Below, piece after piece: positions 50,223-58,057 of a DNA stretch of 64,000 nt. Source of the stretch: Vulcanimicrobiota bacterium (GTDB lineage: Bacteria; Vulcanimicrobiota; Vulcanimicrobiia; Vulcanimicrobiales; Vulcanimicrobiaceae); the NCBI GenBank assembly GCA_963720185.1, contig OY970388.1, positions 1,340,077-1,404,076 of the forward strand, in the 5' to 3' direction. The number at the start of each line of letters is the position of its first letter. Position 1 is the first letter of the stretch. The position numbers and the translations under genes were made by a program. The notes under the pieces were generated by a model. It was given only the letters and a program-made list of their open reading frames with translations, did not search any database and was not told where the DNA came from.

Positions 50223-50550
50223 GATTGCCAAAGAAAACCTCGTAACCCTCGACGCTCCCGACGGCTTCAAAGTGGCGCGCAGCTTAGGGCGCGTGATCGG
50301 TCGCGCCAGCCGGCCGCACAATCTCTTGCGCTCGGCTGCTCGCACGCTGGGCGCCCTCTTTGGGCTTGCGCCGATCGAATACCTCAGCGATGCGGAACGT
50401 GCGCGTGAAGAAGCGCTCGAGGAGCTTTGCCGCAACGCAGACGCTCTAGGGGCGGACGCCGTCATCCGGATTCGCTTTGAAGCGGCGGAAGGCGACGATG
50501 GTTCTACGAGCGTCGTAGCCTTCGGAGAAGCGGTCGTGCTGCAATCATGA
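50221..50550 (+). CDS. YbjQ family (UPF0145) protein
   Basis: The C-terminal 109 aa of ORF 49993..50550, from ATG 50221: MIAKENLVTLDAPDGFKVARSLGRVIG...REEALEELCRNADALGADAVIRIRFE...AFGEAVVL. This is the YbjQ pattern. Confidence 0.8.
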   Translation: MIAKENLVTLDAPDGFKVARSLGRVIGRASRPHNLLRSAARTLGALFGLAPIEYLSDAERAREEALEELCRNADALGADAVIRIRFEAAEGDDGSTSVVAFGEAVVLQS

Positions 50551-51221
50551 GTTTGGAAGAACGCGCGCGTCGAGAGCGTCTGCTCAGCGTTGAAGCGGCA
50601 TCATCGGCCGCCTGCCGCAAATGTCGCATCGGCTACGAGCGGCGCAACAACGTCTATGGTGAAGGCGATCCATGCGCTCACTTGATGGTTGTCGGCGAGG
50701 GCCCGGGCGAAACCGAAGACTTGCTGGGAAGACCCTTTGTGGGGCGGGCCGGCGAACTGCTCGACAAGATGCTGGCGGCGATCGGGCTCGCGCGCGAAGA
50801 CGTCTACATCTGCAACACGGTGAAATGCCGCCCCACTTTGCAGGATGGGGAGAAGTTGCGCAACCGCGCGCCGACGCCTATAGAGATGATGAACTGCCAC
50901 CCATACCTCGATCGGCAAATTGAAATTGTTTCGCCGCACGTCATTTTGGCATGCGGCGCACCGGCCGCCAAGTCGTTTTTGGGTGATGCGTTCAGCATTA
51001 CGCGAGGCCGCGGCCGGTGGTATGACGGCCCGGGGCGCACTGCACTCATGGTAACGTACCATCCGGCATACTTGTTGCGTCAGGGTGGCGAGGCGCTAAC
51101 GCAGACAAAACGGGAAGTGTGGTCGGACTTAAAAGCGGTGCGCGAGCGCTTGGATCACCTCGAGGCAGAACCAGCGCCGCAAGTAGCGTTGCCCGAACAG
51201 GTGGGGCTCTTTGAAGTCTAA
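50547..51221 (+). CDS. uracil-DNA glycosylase, family 4
   Basis: 224 aa. Motifs present: CRKCRIG, MVVGEGPGETED, PFVGRAGELLDKML, ICNTVKCRP and HPAYLLR. Its start overlaps the ybjQ-like stop (ATGA). Confidence 0.88.
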   Translation: MSLEERARRERLLSVEAASSAACRKCRIGYERRNNVYGEGDPCAHLMVVGEGPGETEDLLGRPFVGRAGELLDKMLAAIGLAREDVYICNTVKCRPTLQDGEKLRNRAPTPIEMMNCHPYLDRQIEIVSPHVILACGAPAAKSFLGDAFSITRGRGRWYDGPGRTALMVTYHPAYLLRQGGEALTQTKREVWSDLKAVRERLDHLEAEPAPQVALPEQVGLFEV

Positions 51222-51237
51222 CTCAAGTGCAGGAGCG

Positions 51238-52104
51238 ATGAAACGGATGCTCTGGGCCGCCGCTGCTACGGCCGCGGCTTTGTTCGCATTCACGGCAAAA
51301 GCGAGTGCGATGGTGGAGTTCTGCCCCGCGAGAATAGCATGGAGTGCGGTCGGGCCCGCATCAGCCGGAGCGGCGAGAATGTACGGGATGCAGCTTAGCG
51401 CATACGGGTCGCGTATTGTGGCTGCCCGCATTGCGTTCGATACGGATGCAGGTTGGTTTACGGTGGACGTTCCATCCACGCCGCTTCACGAGCGCGATCT
51501 CCATTACTCCGGACCATGGAGCACCTTCACGCGCGAGGGATGGTTTTCTCCGGTAATGTATGCGAGCTTTCCGTCGCCCGTCAAAATCGTCCATGGTTGG
51601 ATTTCGCAGGCACGGGCATGGAAAAGCGCGCCGTTCGATTGGGAGCGCCGTGGGCCGGTTACGTGCCGGCCCTCGCCGCCCGATCCTATAGTACGCACGC
51701 CCCGAATGCCGCGCGGCTTCACGTTGGACCCGAAAGATCGCGACGATCTCTCGGCGCTGCCGAATGAAGGGTCCTCGATTATCGCCGCCCAGCGTTCCCA
51801 GGCGCTGAAAGCGACGAACTGCAGCGAGCCATTTAAGCCTCCATCGGTGACGAAGCAAAGCTCGCCGGATTTCCCAAGGATCCTTGGCGGCAGTTTCACA
51901 GGCGCGGCGACTGCGGCTGCCGAGGTGGCGATCAACGCCGATGGCTCGGTGGCCGACGCGTCCATATGGGGACCTTCCGGGCTTGCTGCGTTTGATGACG
52001 CCACGCTGGCGGCGGCGCGCGCGTCGACATACAAGCCGGGATCGGCATACTGCAGCCCTGTTCCGGGCAACTATCTTTTCATCGTTACCTTTCATAACCC
52101 ATGA
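51238..52104 (+). CDS. secreted hypothetical protein with a TonB C-terminal-like domain
   Basis: From the internal ATG at 51238 (MKRMLWAAAATAAALFAFTAKASA, a signal peptide). The C-terminal roughly 80 aa (AEVAINADGSVADASIWGPSGLAAFDDATLAAARASTYKPG...) resembles the TonB_C fold pattern. Confidence 0.55.
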   Translation: MKRMLWAAAATAAALFAFTAKASAMVEFCPARIAWSAVGPASAGAARMYGMQLSAYGSRIVAARIAFDTDAGWFTVDVPSTPLHERDLHYSGPWSTFTREGWFSPVMYASFPSPVKIVHGWISQARAWKSAPFDWERRGPVTCRPSPPDPIVRTPRMPRGFTLDPKDRDDLSALPNEGSSIIAAQRSQALKATNCSEPFKPPSVTKQSSPDFPRILGGSFTGAATAAAEVAINADGSVADASIWGPSGLAAFDDATLAAARASTYKPGSAYCSPVPGNYLFIVTFHNP

Positions 52105-53213
52105 CGGAGCCTATTGATGGTGCGCGCTTGCTCTGGTTCAATGAGCGGTCGCGCGAGATCGGTTTCGAAGACGCGGAAGCATTCGCGCGCCACTTTGATC
52201 TGAAGCCATACCGGCTCGATCAGATCTATCGCGCAGCCAATAAAGAGTTGGTGGACGAAGTCGCAGAGGTGACGACGTTGCCGGCGCAGTTGCGCGAAGC
52301 TTTGGGCGAACGTGGTTTGTTTTTCTCCGGGATTGCACCGATCGCGGTGCAACATTCTGCCGACGCGCAGACGACCAAAGCGCTTTTCGCGCTGCACGAC
52401 GGCGCGGAAGTCGAGGCCGTGTTGATGGAACACCACGGTGACCGGACGACCGTCTGCATCAGCTCGCAGGCCGGGTGCGCCTTCGGCTGCGCGTTTTGCG
52501 CGACCGGGCAAGGCGGCTTCACGCGCCAGCTACGGGCGACCGAAATCTTCGATCAGGCGCGCTTCTTCGCAGCCGATTTACGCCGCAAGGGGAAGCGGAT
52601 CACCAACGTGGTGTTCATGGGCATGGGTGAGCCGTTCCACAACTACGACGCCGTCATCGGCGCGGTCAAGCTGTTGCGCGATCCGCGCGGTTTTGGCCTT
52701 GGAAGCCGGCACATCACAATTTCAACCGTCGGCTTAGCGGACAAAATCGACCGCTTTAGCGATGAGGAATTGCAGGTCAATCTGGCGATCTCGCTCCATG
52801 CGCCGAACGACGAACTTCGCAGCAGGCTCATGCCGGTCAATCGCAAGTTTCCGCTCGCGCAGCTTTTCGCCGCCTGCGAGCGCTACGTGCGAAAGTCCCG
52901 CCGCAAAGTGTTCTTTGAGTACGTCATGCTGCGCGGCATCAACGACAGCCAGGAGCACGCGCATCAGCTCGCGCGGCTAATGGCTGGTCGACTCTACCAC
53001 GTGAACCTAATCCCGTACAATGCGACGCCGGACGGAGCGTTTGAAGCCACGCCGCAGGATCGGATTTGGCGCTTCGCCGGCATTCTTGATGCCGCGGGGG
53101 TTCCAACGACGGTGCGGCAAAACATGGGCCGCGACATCACCGCGGCCTGCGGACAGCTTCGGGCTGACTCACAGCCCAAGGTCCACAAGGTTGCTGCCCC
53201 TTCGTCATCTTAA
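52101..53213 (+). CDS. rlmN: 23S rRNA (adenine2503-C2)-methyltransferase
   Basis: 370 aa. It has the radical SAM motif CISSQAGCAFGCAFCATG, MGMGEP, and the second Cys region. Its start overlaps the upstream stop (ATGA). Confidence 0.93.
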   Translation: MTEPIDGARLLWFNERSREIGFEDAEAFARHFDLKPYRLDQIYRAANKELVDEVAEVTTLPAQLREALGERGLFFSGIAPIAVQHSADAQTTKALFALHDGAEVEAVLMEHHGDRTTVCISSQAGCAFGCAFCATGQGGFTRQLRATEIFDQARFFAADLRRKGKRITNVVFMGMGEPFHNYDAVIGAVKLLRDPRGFGLGSRHITISTVGLADKIDRFSDEELQVNLAISLHAPNDELRSRLMPVNRKFPLAQLFAACERYVRKSRRKVFFEYVMLRGINDSQEHAHQLARLMAGRLYHVNLIPYNATPDGAFEATPQDRIWRFAGILDAAGVPTTVRQNMGRDITAACGQLRADSQPKVHKVAAPSSS

Positions 53214-53410
53214 CGCGCTGGAAACTACCTCGAATAGCACCGGCGATGAGCGACTCGGAACCTTCGGGCACGTCGAAGGAGTTAATCAGCGTTACCTTCC
53301 CATAGCGAAATAATGAAGCGCTCCATTACTGCAGTGTTGTCGCAACAACGGCAAGCAAAACGACCGTCGGCTCAGGAACGCAGAAGCGAACGCTCGAACA
53401 CCGGTAGCAT

Positions 53411-53809
53411 ATGCTCGTAAAACGAATCGTCGCGAACGTCCAAGCGCCCGATGTCGCCACAGCAAAGCGATTCTACAAAGGCGTTCTGGGCCTTGAACTG
53501 CTGATGGACCACGGCTGGATCGCGACATATGGTTCGCCGGAGCAGATGAGCGTACAGATCAGCTTCGCATCTCAAGGCGGTTCGGGAACACCAACGCCAG
53601 ATTTATCGATTGAAGTCGATGATGTTGACGAAGCTCTCAAACGAGTTGTTGATGCCGCCTTGCCGGTAGAATACGGTCCCGCTAATGAGCCATGGGGAGT
53701 GCGTCGCTTCTACGTGCGCGACCCGTTCGGCAAACTGCTGAACATCCTCGCCCATACGGACGGTGCTGAACAGACAGCGGAAGCCGAGATTAAAGTGACC
53801 GAGCGGTAG
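53411..53809 (+). CDS. VOC family protein (glyoxalase-like)
   Basis: 132 aa. The sequence VQAPDVATAKRFYKGVLGLEL...RRFYVRDPFGKLLNIL shows the VOC pattern. Confidence 0.75.
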   Translation: MLVKRIVANVQAPDVATAKRFYKGVLGLELLMDHGWIATYGSPEQMSVQISFASQGGSGTPTPDLSIEVDDVDEALKRVVDAALPVEYGPANEPWGVRRFYVRDPFGKLLNILAHTDGAEQTAEAEIKVTER

Positions 53810-54342
53810 TGCTCAATCTTCGCAATGTCGGTGCCGATGAATGGCGGGTTTGGCGGGAAGTGCGCTTGCAGGCGCTGCGTGAAGCACCCTACGCATTCTG
53901 CACAAAATTCGAGGACTGGCAAGGCGAAGGCGATACGGAGCAAAGGTGGCGCAGGCGCCTTGCCGATGTTCCGTTCAATCTTGTTGCCGAACTCGATGGA
54001 AAGCCAGCCGGCATGGTGAGCGCTACGCACTTAGGCGAGGACGGCGAAGTCGAACTGATCTCCATGTGGGTCGCACCGTTCGCGCGTGGACGACGCGTTG
54101 GCGATGCGTTGATTAGCGCAGTCATTCAATGGGCGCGCGAGCGACGAGCCAGCCGCGTCGCCTTATCGGTGATGGAGAACAACGAGCGCGCAGTGAGCCT
54201 CTACAGGCGTCATCAATTTGTCGACGACGGCAAAGTCGCCGGTTCTTCGGAGACCGCGCCCTCTCAGCGCGGTATGACACGTAGGTTGAATCCGGCGACA
54301 TCCTCCAGACGAAACATTTCGGCCCCACGCGCTCCTCTTTAG
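53809..54342 (+). CDS. GNAT family N-acetyltransferase
   Basis: 177 aa. It has motif A (MWVAPFARGRRVGDALISAV) and ALSVMENNERAVSLYRRHQF. Its GTG start overlaps the upstream stop (TAGTG). Confidence 0.8.
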   Translation: MLNLRNVGADEWRVWREVRLQALREAPYAFCTKFEDWQGEGDTEQRWRRRLADVPFNLVAELDGKPAGMVSATHLGEDGEVELISMWVAPFARGRRVGDALISAVIQWARERRASRVALSVMENNERAVSLYRRHQFVDDGKVAGSSETAPSQRGMTRRLNPATSSRRNISAPRAPL

Positions 54343-54371
54343 GTAGTCAGCGCCACGAGAGGAGTAGGCAT

Positions 54372-54926
54372 ATGGCACGCTGGGCGTCGCCGGATCTCGT
54401 TTCTGCCGCTCTGAGTGGTGGCAAAGCCGCCGCAGAGCAGCTTATCGCCGTAGTTTGGCCACACTGCTTTCGGCTAGCCGCGGCGATCATCGGTGACTGC
54501 GGTCTTGCGCAGGACGCCGCGCAGGAAGCCTGTGTAATCGTTCATCGAAAAATCCGAAGCCTTCGCAACGCGGACGCGTTCGATGCCTGGTTATACCGGA
54601 TCGTGATCCGCGAATCAGCTCGGGCTCGGCGCCGGCACGAAATTACCGCCGCACCAATGTACGAGCTCGGCTCGAAAAGCGAGGTCGCAACTACGATCGA
54701 TGTGTGGCGTGCGCTGGCAGATCTGTCACCCGCCCTCCGCGACGTTACGGTTTTGTTCTATTTCGATGATCTGAAGAGTGACGAGATTGCCGCTATCCTA
54801 CGCATACCGCATCCAACCGTGCGGACGAGACTTGCGCGAGCGCGCGAGCATTTACGCCACCTTCTCGGCGACTATGCTGTTGAAGAGCGGCCTACGCCTC
54901 CGGAGATGAAGCAACATGCCTTCTGA
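54372..54926 (+). CDS. ECF-type RNA polymerase sigma factor (sigma-70 family, group 4)
   Basis: 184 aa. Region 2 is DAAQEACVIVHRKIRSLRNADAFDAWLYRIVIRE. Region 4 is the HTH SDEIAAILRIPHPTVRTRLARAREHL. GAGAGGAG lies upstream. Confidence 0.85.
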   Translation: MARWASPDLVSAALSGGKAAAEQLIAVVWPHCFRLAAAIIGDCGLAQDAAQEACVIVHRKIRSLRNADAFDAWLYRIVIRESARARRRHEITAAPMYELGSKSEVATTIDVWRALADLSPALRDVTVLFYFDDLKSDEIAAILRIPHPTVRTRLARAREHLRHLLGDYAVEERPTPPEMKQHAF

Positions 54927-56010
54927 TTTTTCCGCGATGGGGAAAAGCGCAATATCGCAGCTTCCCGTTCCTGAAATCTCTATGGAAACGATTCGCAGCC
55001 GCTCCCGCGCGGCCACTTTGCACAGTCGTTTCCGCACCGCCGTCGCCTGTGGCGCAATCTGTGTTGCCGCCGTAGGCACCGGAATCGGCTTTGGCCAGCA
55101 GATCTACGATGGCGTGCGCGTTTGGCTGTCGGGCGGCAATGCAGCCGTGGCCGTTCGCTCCTTCGCGATGGTGCGCGAGCCGATGGCTGCGGATTTGCGC
55201 AAAGCGGTGCAGCATGCGACGTTTCCTGTCGTCCTTCCCGTTGGAATCCCGCGCGGCACGCACATTCGATGGATTGCATTTTCGCCGGCGGAGCATCCGA
55301 GCTTCTTCACGCTCGATTATCACAGCGATCGTGCGCATTTTCATGTCGGGTTCTCGCTCTTTGATTCAACAGCCGTGAACACAGGACAAACGGAAAGTCC
55401 AATGGGCTCGGCGATGCCGCATCTTATGAAGGTCGACCACTGGCAGATCGGTCGAGAGACCGTCGTTGTTGTAAAGCGGTACATTGCCCGCGACGACGCC
55501 GCGCGGATCAAGGAAGCAATGATGAAGGCATCGCCGGCGCAAAGCCTAGCTGCGACGGAAAGCATGCTTTCGAGGATAACGATCACGTGGCTGGGCGCCC
55601 CGCAGAACGTGATCGATCGCGCGCAGCGCCTTGCACCGGGAAACGGCCGTAGCGTGCTCATAGGCCCCTCGCAGATTCTCCAATTTTCCACTTTGGTAAA
55701 AAAAGGCAGGCCGCTTCTCGATCCGAGGACGGTGTTTGCCAACAACGTTCCCTCCGCTCACGGCGTGCCACAGTATTCGAAGGCAATACTGCATTGGCCA
55801 AGGGTCGCCGTAGTGCCGGTACGCGGAGTTCAGGCAATCGATGCCGTGTTGCGTTCCACCGGTAACGGTCGCCGTTGTCGTTGCGCGATCCTTTTCAATC
55901 AGCCAAGCAAAGCAACGTACTGGATCTGGAAAATCCCACTGTCCAATTCAGGTACGGCGAAAAAGTATTCCGTCGACGCTAAGACACTTGCGGAGGTTGA
56001 TTCAAAATAA
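54916..56010 (+). CDS. putative anti-sigma factor / membrane protein (hypothetical)
   Basis: 364 aa. It overlaps the sigma gene by 11 nt and has a single TM helix (AVACGAICVAAVGTGIGF) after a cytoplasmic segment of about 45 aa. The assignment rests on position and topology only. Confidence 0.5.
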   Translation: MPSDFSAMGKSAISQLPVPEISMETIRSRSRAATLHSRFRTAVACGAICVAAVGTGIGFGQQIYDGVRVWLSGGNAAVAVRSFAMVREPMAADLRKAVQHATFPVVLPVGIPRGTHIRWIAFSPAEHPSFFTLDYHSDRAHFHVGFSLFDSTAVNTGQTESPMGSAMPHLMKVDHWQIGRETVVVVKRYIARDDAARIKEAMMKASPAQSLAATESMLSRITITWLGAPQNVIDRAQRLAPGNGRSVLIGPSQILQFSTLVKKGRPLLDPRTVFANNVPSAHGVPQYSKAILHWPRVAVVPVRGVQAIDAVLRSTGNGRRCRCAILFNQPSKATYWIWKIPLSNSGTAKKYSVDAKTLAEVDSK

Positions 56011-56045
56011 GATACGAGAACGGTGCGATTTCTTTGCGCAGGAGC

Positions 56046-56539
56046 ACAAATGCATTCAAGCTTTCACCTGATACGTTCGGCGGAACAGCGCCTCCGCGCC
56101 GTCCGGTGATGTCCGGAAGGCGACATTGAATCTATTCCATGCGTTGATCGACGTTATCGCGAGCGTGAGGTAAGCTCAGCTCTTCGGCCGAAAATTCCTC
56201 AACGACGCGGGCATACACGTCATCAGGGACCTGCGTTTGCGCAACGAACGTCAGACTTTCGGTCCATTCCAATGCGGCGCGCTCGCGAGGAGTAAACCAT
56301 TCTTCGGCTTCTCGCCATGCGGGCAGGACGTCGTACCGCTTGCGTTCTTCGCCATGCATTTCGGCCTCCAGGGCATGCAAGTGCAAGCAGAAAGCGCAGC
56401 CGTTAAGTTGTGAGGCGCGCATATTGACCAAATCCAGAAGCTTTGGCTCCAAACCGCTCTGGCTCAGCACTTTGCCTGGCGCGTACAGCGCATTCATAAC
56501 AGGCGTGACCGCGTGATAGCTCCCTCGTTGAGTCGACAT
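56046..56539 (-). pseudogene. carboxymuconolactone decarboxylase / AhpD-like family protein, reading frame broken near 56169
   Basis: From ATG 56539: MSTQRGSYHAVTPVMNALYAPGKVLSQSGLEPKLLDLVNMRASQLNGCAFCLHLH...EEFSAEELSL. The annotated frame then ends as PHARDNVDQRME. The next frame continues LTLAITSINAWNRFNVAFRTSPDG..., the conserved family C-terminus, to a TGA at 56048..56046. The part of ORF 56132..57154 upstream of 56539 is antisense to the glycyl-tRNA synthetase gene. Confidence 0.8.
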
Positions 56540-56722
56540 GAATTCCCCCCGCTGAATTGGAGTTGCAAATCGGCGACTTTGCCGTTGTCCCCGAACCGCG
56601 ATTGGTTGTAAATGGTTGCAGCCATAGTACGGCCGCCGCCACACCGCTGCGGCCGGCGATTCAGCGAACGCTTCGGGGCCACGCAGGCGGTTGCAACCAG
56701 CGTTCGAATATCCGTGAGCCCT

Positions 56723-58057
56723 ATGGCGGAAGGGCAAGATGTCGCTATTGACGAGATCGCCGCGCTGGCAAAACGGCGCGGCTTTATCTTTCAGTCCAGC
56801 GAAATCTACGGCGGCATCGGCGGCTTCTACGATTATGGGCCAATGGGAGCCGTGCTGAAACGCAACATCAAAGAAGCCTGGTGGCGCGAAAACGTTGAGT
56901 TGCGTGACGACGTGGTCGCGTTTGACTCCTCCATCGTCATGCACCCGCTCACTTGGAAGGCGTCGGGGCACATCGACCAATTTCACGATCGCATGATCGA
57001 TTGCAAAGTCTGCAAGCATCGCTTTCGCGCCGACCACCTGAAGTCGCTGGATCAGTGCCCTGACTGCGGCAGCAAAAATTCGTTCACCGAACCGCGCAAC
57101 TTCAATTTGATGCTGCAGACCTTCGTCGGTCCGATGGAAGATACGGCATCGCAAACGTATCTGCGGCCGGAAACGGCTCAGGGCATCTTCGTCAACTTTA
57201 AGAACGTCTATCAGTCGGCGCGCAAGAAGCCGCCGTTCGGCATCGCGCAGATCGGCAAATCGTTCCGCAACGAGATTACACCAGGAAACTTTACGTTCCG
57301 TCTACGTGAATTCGAACAGGCGGAATTGGAATATTTTGTGCCGGACGACGGTAATGACGTCGAATGGTTCAAAGAATGGGTGGAGCTGCGCCGAAACTGG
57401 TATTCGCAGTACGGGATCAAGCCGGAGCGGCTGCGCTTCTACGAACTCGGCGATCAAGAGCGCCCGCACTATGCAAAGGCCGGCATCGACGTGGAATATC
57501 TCTTCCCATGGGGCTGGGGGGAACTGGAGTCGATCGCGCACCGCGGCACGTACGATCTCGACGCTCACATGGCGCTCTCGGGGAAAGACTTGCGCTTCTA
57601 CGATGAGGCGGCGAAGAAGCATTACACGCCGCTGCTTATCGAAAGCTCCGCGGGCATGGACCGTACGGCGCTCACCTTTCTCATCGACGCCTACGAGCAG
57701 CAGAGCGGTAAAGACCCTGCCGGCAAGGACACCGAACGTGTGGTGTTACACTTTCATCCGAAGATTGCTCCGGTGCAGGCGGCAATTTTCTCGCTTGCGC
57801 GAAACAAACCCGAACTCGTCGCGCGAGCGCGCGAGGTTGAGCAGCGCCTTCGAAAGCGCTTTCGCACGCAATACGACGAAGGCAACATCGGCCAGCTCTA
57901 TCGGCGCCAAGATGAAATCGGCACGCCGTTCTGTCTGACCGTGGATTATGAAACGCTTGCGGACAGAGCCGTGACGGTGCGCGAACGCGATTCCATGCAG
58001 CAAGAGCGCATTGCGATCGAGGCCTTGGAAGCCTACCTGCGCGATCGTGTCCAGTAG
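56723..58057 (+). CDS. glyQS: glycine--tRNA ligase (homodimeric class II type)
   Basis: From the internal ATG at 56723: MAEGQDVAIDEIAALAKRRGFIFQSSEIYGGIGGFYDYGPMGAVLKRNIKEAWW... It has the class II motifs (FRNEITPGNFTFRLREFEQAE) and is 444 aa. Confidence 0.93.
   Translation: MAEGQDVAIDEIAALAKRRGFIFQSSEIYGGIGGFYDYGPMGAVLKRNIKEAWWRENVELRDDVVAFDSSIVMHPLTWKASGHIDQFHDRMIDCKVCKHRFRADHLKSLDQCPDCGSKNSFTEPRNFNLMLQTFVGPMEDTASQTYLRPETAQGIFVNFKNVYQSARKKPPFGIAQIGKSFRNEITPGNFTFRLREFEQAELEYFVPDDGNDVEWFKEWVELRRNWYSQYGIKPERLRFYELGDQERPHYAKAGIDVEYLFPWGWGELESIAHRGTYDLDAHMALSGKDLRFYDEAAKKHYTPLLIESSAGMDRTALTFLIDAYEQQSGKDPAGKDTERVVLHFHPKIAPVQAAIFSLARNKPELVARAREVEQRLRKRFRTQYDEGNIGQLYRRQDEIGTPFCLTVDYETLADRAVTVRERDSMQQERIAIEALEAYLRDRVQ

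Noticed and set aside
56540-56722. A T-box leader upstream of the glycyl-tRNA synthetase gene
   Set aside because: The 183-nt divergent spacer lacks the conserved T-box sequence (AAnnnGGGUGGnACCnCG type) and a recognisable specifier stem. Only short GC-rich pairings are present.
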